64,000 nt of DNA from Planktothrix sp. GU0601_MAG3 (lineage in GTDB: Bacteria > Cyanobacteriota > Cyanobacteriia > Cyanobacteriales > Microcoleaceae): positions 3,380,578 to 3,444,577 of the forward strand of contig CP136572.1 in NCBI GenBank assembly GCA_035193785.1. The letters are read 5' to 3'. Below are positions 58,556-64,000 of the stretch, in pieces. The notes below the pieces were generated by a model that was given only the letters and a program-made list of their open reading frames with translations, ran no database searches and had not been told where the DNA came from. The position numbers and the translations under genes are program-made. How positions within the stretch are numbered: the first letter of the stretch is position 1; every line of letters starts with the position of its first letter.

Positions 58556-60347
58556 ATGGAAACTAATTATTCTTGGAGTCGGAATCTGGATGCTCGTCAA
58601 ACGGAAATCTCCTTGCGAGCCAATCAAAAACGAGAAATTCGTCCTCTCTATCGTGCGGTTTTTTTAATGTTACTTACCACCCTAGCCATGGGTGTGCATT
58701 CTTTTCGGTTGGTGCAACTGCAACTGATAGATGGTCAGAAGAACCGACAACGGGCTGACGAGAACCGAATTCGCCTGATTCCAATTCCCTCGAATCGGGG
58801 TTATATTTTAGATCGCCATGATAAACAATTAGCCGCCAATCGTATCACCCGGGCTTTATATGCTTGGCCGAAGGAAAACACCGCCGAGGAATGGGAAAAA
58901 ATTGCTCAAACCCTCAGTCCAGTGATTGGTATAACTCCCGAACGAATTTTAGCCCCGATTAAAAAAGCTGGATATCAATCCGCAGCCTCCGTCAGAATTA
59001 GTCAGTTTTTGACCCCCCAAGCTTTTATTTGGTTGGGAGAAAAATCCTTACCCGGCGTGGAAGTCAGAAGCGAATCTAACCGTTATTACCCCGAAGGAAA
59101 CTTAGCTTCACAGATCCTTGGCTATATTGGTGAAGCCACCGCCGAGGATTTGAAAAAACACCCCCAATGGCCGATGGGTATGATTGTGGGACAGTTGGGT
59201 ATTGAAGCCCAAGCCAATCAGAAACTCTCCGGGGTCTGGGGTTTCTCGCTTGATTGAAGTTAACAGCATGAACCAGGAATTACGGGAATTGGGCGATAAC
59301 GAATCTAAAGGGGGAGAAAATGTGAGATTAACCCTCGATTTAGATTTACAAAAAACCGCCGAAGCAGCCCTGGGAGATCGTCGGGGGGCGGCGGTAGCCT
59401 TAAATGCCAAAACCGGGGAAATTTTGGTCATGGCTAGTAGTCCCCGATTTGATCCGAATATGTTTACTAAACCCATTAGCCAAAAAGAATGGGAAGAACT
59501 CCAAAATGGAGATGATCCGTTTTTAAATCGCGCTTTGCAAGGGTATCCACCGGGGAGTACCTTCAAAATTGTCTCCTCAGCCGCTGGTATGGGTTCGGGT
59601 AAATTTAGTCCCGACTCGATGATCGGGACTTATGGTTCGATTACGGTGGGGGGAATTACCTTTAATGAGCATAGTGGGGGTTATGGGGTGATTGGTTTTA
59701 GGGATGCCCTCGCCTTTAGTAGTAATACGTTCTATTATCAATTGGGGATGGCTGTCGGCCCGGAGGCAATCGCCGAATGGGGTAAGCGTTTAGGGATTGG
59801 GAATAATAGTTTAAAACTGTTAGGGTTGCAGGAAGGCTCGGAAGGATTTATCCCCACTCCCGAAGATAAGGAAAAAACCTATGGGGAACCTTGGTATTTG
59901 GGGGATACGGTCACTATGTCCATTGGTCAAGGAGCCGTATTAGCAACGCCCTTGGAGTTGGCTATTATGGTGGCTGCGATCGCCAATGGGGGATATCGGG
60001 TAAAACCCCATCTTTTGATGGATTTGACCCAAACCCCCGAAGCTAAACCCGAACGAACAGGCATGAAACCCGAAGCGGTTCAAGTTATTAAAGATGGACT
60101 GGTCTCTGTGGTTCAATATGGCACAGCCCAAGGAATGAATGATGGTTCGATTCCTTTAACGGGAGGGAAAACCGGAACCTCAGAAGTATTAGGCCAAACC
60201 TCCCACTCTCTCTATGTGGCTTTTGGCCCAGCCCAAAATCCTGAAATTGCGATCGCGGTGGTGGTGGAAAATGGCGGTTATGGTTCTAAATCCGCCGCCC
60301 CAATTGCTAAGGCAATATTTCAGACTTATTTTTCTAAAAAAAAGTAA
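58556..60347 (+). CDS. mrdA: Penicillin-binding protein 2; frameshift at ~59243
   Basis: Motifs RG.I.DR, STFK, SSN and KTGT. Confidence 0.9.
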
Positions 60348-60395
60348 ATCTTCTGGGGTCGTAGGGGTAATTTATGAATTGCCCCTGGGTGGTTT

Positions 60396-61398
60396 CTAGG
60401 CTAGGGTTAACACCAATTTACCTTTCATGCCTCCGGCTTCTAATAGTTTATGGGCTTCCGAGGCTGACGCCAAGGGAAAGGTTTGATTGACTAATATTTT
60501 TAATTTCCCTTCATCAATTAATCGAGCGCATTGTTGCAGAATTTTAGTTTGATCTAATTGATCATGAATTCGAGCTTGTAACATGGGAGTTAACATTAAC
60601 TCTAAACTAATTCGTAAATTTCTTAATCGAGCCTCTTTTAAATTTCCTAATTTGGGATCGGGTTCTAAAATAGTTACCAAATCCCCATAATTTTTAACCG
60701 CAAAAACCGTTTGATAAAACACCTCATCGCCAATGGTATCAAAGGCTAAATCAACTCCTTCTCCCCCCGTCCATTCTAATATTCGATCAACAAAATTAGT
60801 CTCTTTATAATTAATTACTAAATCCGCCCCTAACTCCTGCACCAAGGCCGCGGCATCGGCGGAGCTAACGGTGGTGGCAACTTCTGCCCCTTGTAATAGG
60901 GCTAACTGAATCGCCACATGACCCACACCACCCGCACCACCATGAATTAATACCTTTTGTCCCGGTTGTAATCGTCCCCGATCATACAATGCTTCCCAGG
61001 CGGTAATTAAAACTAAGGGAGCCGCCGCCGCTTCCACAAAACTCAAACTTTGGGGTTTCAAACTGGCAAATTTTTCATCAACAACAATTAATTCCGCATA
61101 ATTGCCCGATTCCGCACCCAATCCCCCCTGACAAAAATAAACCGCATCTCCGACTTGAAATTTTTTGACTTGGGCACCGACTTTTTCGACAACTCCCGCC
61201 CCATCACAACCCAAAATAGCGGGCATTTGAGCGGGATAAAAAGTGCCTCGACTGCGTAATTTAGTATCAATGGGATTAATTCCCGCCGCCTTTAAACGGA
61301 CTAGAATTTCAGTGTCGGATTTAATTTGAGGATCGGGTATTTCTTGAAGTTGTAAAACATCGGGTTTCCCCAACCCCTGTCATCAGGACTGCTTTCAT
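60396..61398 (-). CDS. Zn-independent MDR family NADPH:quinone oxidoreductase-like protein; frameshift at ~61376
   Basis: ATG at 61398 (MKAVLM), INPID, GGAGGVG and GKLVL. Confidence 0.88.
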
Positions 61399-61471
61399 AA
61401 TTTACCAGTGATTAAGTTTTGTTGTTGGGCTTGATCCCAAGAATTAAAGGGCACCCATCCCAACAACAAAT

Positions 61472-62737
61472 TTACATTGTCAATGATTGAACATTGGTTT
61501 CAATCAATTTAGCTAAACTTTGTAGGAATGTCGCCGCATCCGCCCCATAAATAATCCGGTGATCACAGGTAATATTTACTTGCATTTGGCGTTTAACCGC
61601 CATCGAACCATCGGCGGCCACCACTAATTGGGGACGGGACGCACCGATAGCTAAAATTGAACCTTGACCCGGAGGTAAAATGGCGTCAAACTTATCAACC
61701 CCAAACATTCCCAAATTCGAGAGGGTGAAAGTTCCACTGCTATATTCATCGGGTTGTAACTGTTTAGCCCTAGAGCGTTCGACTAAATCTTTCCAAGTCC
61801 GAGACAGGGAATAAAGATCAATTTGATCGGCATTTTTTAATACCGGAGTAATTAAACCGCCATCGGGCATGGCCACGGCGATCGCAATATTAATTCCCGC
61901 CCGATATTGAATCCCATTTTCTACATAACTGGCATTCAAGATCGGATGTTTTTGTAAGGTCACCGCCACCGCTTTAGCTAAAAGGGCGGTCATGGTGACA
62001 CCTTTGGATTTCAGTTGTTTATAAAGCTGATCCAACCCATCCGTAGTAATCGTATATCCCACTCGGAATACCGGAACCGATAAACTCGCCGTCATATTTC
62101 TGACCACGGCGTTTTGGAGGGTATTCATTGGGGCAACTTGACCCAAGGGTACGGTTACTGGGGGTGGGGCTGCCACGGGCTTACTCACAGCCGGGACTGG
62201 GATTTGGGAGGGAGTCTGAACCGTAGCCGGACGTCCAGAGGCTGTTTCCACATCTTCCGCAATGATCCGACCATTTGGCCCACTTCCCGTTAAGATGGCT
62301 AAATCTAAATTCAGTTCCTTGGCCAATTTGCGGGCGCGAGGAGAGGCGATAATCCGGCCATTTTTAGGGGGAGTCGGGGTGGCTGCTAAAACCGTTGTCG
62401 TCGCCACCGGAATAGCTGCCACGGCTGGGGCTACGGCTGCGGGGGTGGCGGTTGTAGCCGCGGCGGCTTTTTGTTTCGCCTGTTCAATTTCCCCTGGAGT
62501 TTCCGCGATTAAGGCAATGGTATTTCCCACGGGGGCTGCTTCTCCAGCCGGAGTAATAATTGTGGCTAGATACCCTTCATAGAAAGATTCCACATCCATA
62601 TCCGCCTTATCCGACTCAACGATCAAAACCGTTTCGCCCTTTTCGATTCTATCGCCGGGGGATTTTTGCCAGGAAACGATTTTACCCTCGGTCATGGTGG
62701 AACTCAGGGCAGGCATAAAAACTTCATGAATGGCCAT
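61472..62737 (-). CDS. pdhC: Pyruvate dehydrogenase E2 (dihydrolipoamide acetyltransferase)
   Basis: Lipoyl domain ESDKA, E3-binding ASPRARKLA and catalytic DHRII.G. Confidence 0.95.
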   Translation of the reverse strand: MAIHEVFMPALSSTMTEGKIVSWQKSPGDRIEKGETVLIVESDKADMDVESFYEGYLATIITPAGEAAPVGNTIALIAETPGEIEQAKQKAAAATTATPAAVAPAVAAIPVATTTVLAATPTPPKNGRIIASPRARKLAKELNLDLAILTGSGPNGRIIAEDVETASGRPATVQTPSQIPVPAVSKPVAAPPPVTVPLGQVAPMNTLQNAVVRNMTASLSVPVFRVGYTITTDGLDQLYKQLKSKGVTMTALLAKAVAVTLQKHPILNASYVENGIQYRAGINIAIAVAMPDGGLITPVLKNADQIDLYSLSRTWKDLVERSRAKQLQPDEYSSGTFTLSNLGMFGVDKFDAILPPGQGSILAIGASRPQLVVAADGSMAVKRQMQVNITCDHRIIYGADAATFLQSLAKLIETNVQSLTM

Positions 62738-62827
62738 AAGCGTTAAAAGAAATAGAGTTCAAATGTTATCAATAGGGGTTGAGTGTTGACTGTCAACGGT
62801 GAACAGAAGACCGTTAACCGAAACCCT

Positions 62828-63278
62828 TTAAATATCGCCGCTAATTTTTTCGATTACACCATCTCGCAAAAGAATTTCCACCTGCATTTTGGTAATCAAA
62901 TTGTCGCCTTCTGCCACAGTAAAAAGACCTTCAATTTGTCCTTGAACAACTTCTTGTTCCAGTTTCTAGGGTTTGCACCTGTTGGAGTTGTTGCAAGTTT
63001 TGATTTTTCTGCTCTAAGAGTTGACTTTTTCGTTCATTCACCTCAACCTGGATACTATCTATTTTTTGCATCGCATCCGGGCCAAGGGGTTGCAGGTTTT
63101 GGCGTTTAATTTCCGCCACCATCCGTTGTCCTTGCATTTCTAACTGTTGCAACTGACTATCAATTTGATTAATTTGGACTTGAAGCTGCTGTTGGGCTTC
63201 GTCTTTCCAACGGCTTGTGACCACCGCCTTCACATTAATCGGTCGTTTCAACAGTAATTGTTTGGGTTCTTCTTCCAT
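62828..63278 (-). CDS. YlqD family protein; frameshift at ~62964
   Basis: VKAVVT..WK and coiled coil. Corrected C-terminus GDNL..KMQVEILLRDG. Confidence 0.85.
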
Positions 63279-63443
63279 AGGTGGTTATGTGGTTTCCGTT
63301 ATCAGTTTGCCGTCACCCGCGCAACGTAGGGGTAACGCAAACGTCACCCTTACACAATCACAAAGAGGTTTAGAAAGGTAATCACCCCTGGTGAGTTACC
63401 TATTTCGATTCACTTTTGCATAGGGAGCAGGAACGCTCAAGAG

Positions 63444-64000
63444 TTAGCGGGTGACGGTTTCATACATTTTGTTAATCATATCGCGGTAATGTTCCATTAC
63501 AACGGGGCGTTTGACCTTCAAGGTTTGGGTTAACATTCCATTTTCCATAGAAAAGGGTTCTGTGAGTAACTGGAACGGGCCAATGCGATCATCAATGCGA
63601 TAACTCGGACGGTTTTTCACTTCCCGGTTGAGTTCTTCCCGGAACAGGTTTTGCACCACGGGACTATCTAAGGTGATTTCCTGAGTTTGGGTAATGGGTT
63701 CTTCCGGCGATTTGAAGGTCAGATTTTGTCGAATTGCCCACTGTTTTAAAGCATCTAAATTTGGAACAATTAACGCTCCTAAATTTTTTTGATCCTGACC
63801 CACTAAAATGATTTGATCAATATAGGGACTGCGTAAACAGGCATCTTCTATGGCTTGGGGTTCGATATTTTCGCCATTGGTTAAAACAATAGTATCTTTG
63901 GCTCGACCAGTTAATACTAAGTCATTTTGCGGGGATAACCAACCCAAATCTCCGGTATCAAACCAGCCTTCGGGATCAATGGCTTTGGCCGTCGCTGGGG
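63444..64000 (-). CDS. aas: Long-chain acyl-ACP/CoA synthetase, 3' part (runs off the window)
   Basis: Motifs GWFDTGDLG, GRAKDTIVL.NGENIEP and TQTLK.KR. Confidence 0.85.
   Translation of the reverse strand, partial: PATAKAIDPEGWFDTGDLGWLSPQNDLVLTGRAKDTIVLTNGENIEPQAIEDACLRSPYIDQIILVGQDQKNLGALIVPNLDALKQWAIRQNLTFKSPEEPITQTQEITLDSPVVQNLFREELNREVKNRPSYRIDDRIGPFQLLTEPFSMENGMLTQTLKVKRPVVMEHYRDMINKMYETVTR

Noticed and set aside
2289..62582. Numerous short ORFs overlapping known genes (e.g. 2391..2600, 21486..21884, 25736..26032, 59108..59566, 62262..62582)
   Set aside because: They are antisense or alternate-frame shadows of well-supported CDSs with no recognisable motifs
90..63278. Mass pseudogenisation or programmed frameshifting of split genes
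   Set aside because: The breaks hit essential genes (psbC, purD, zds, nblS), all share one sequence context, and the genes show no other decay. A systematic sequencing error explains them better

Overview
Chromosomal window from a filamentous cyanobacterium. It is probably Oscillatoriales and Planktothrix-like, inferred from abundant HIP1 GCGATCGC, heptamer/nonamer tandem repeats and gene content. Most of it is housekeeping and photosynthesis genes: flv1/flv3, CP12, eda, purD, nblS/hik33, amiC, psbDC, ycf4, queC, trmJ, zds, cysE, mrdA, pdhC and aas. Two signals stand out. (1) An AT-rich ~11 kb island (38.4-50.1 kb) lies between two direct-orientation copies of a Uma2 gene. It carries a BREX type 4/Ssp-like operon: DUF4007, a small BrxB/BrxF-like protein, a ~1440 aa P-loop ATPase, PglZ and a short BrxL. 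It has no methyltransferase and no PAPS reductase/DndC-like writer. (2) About 29 apparent frameshifts, including in essential genes, are each repaired by removing 1-2 bases from GAAAC/GTTTC to restore GAAC/GTTC, the canonical Dnd phosphorothioate motif. They look like modification-induced sequencing errors rather than pseudogenes. Other observations are a four-Cys insertion in NblS, an NsrR1-like sRNA candidate, an orphan C5 methyltransferase, atypical CP43/D2 residues and several palindromic repeat families. All family assignments come from motif recognition by eye, not database searches.
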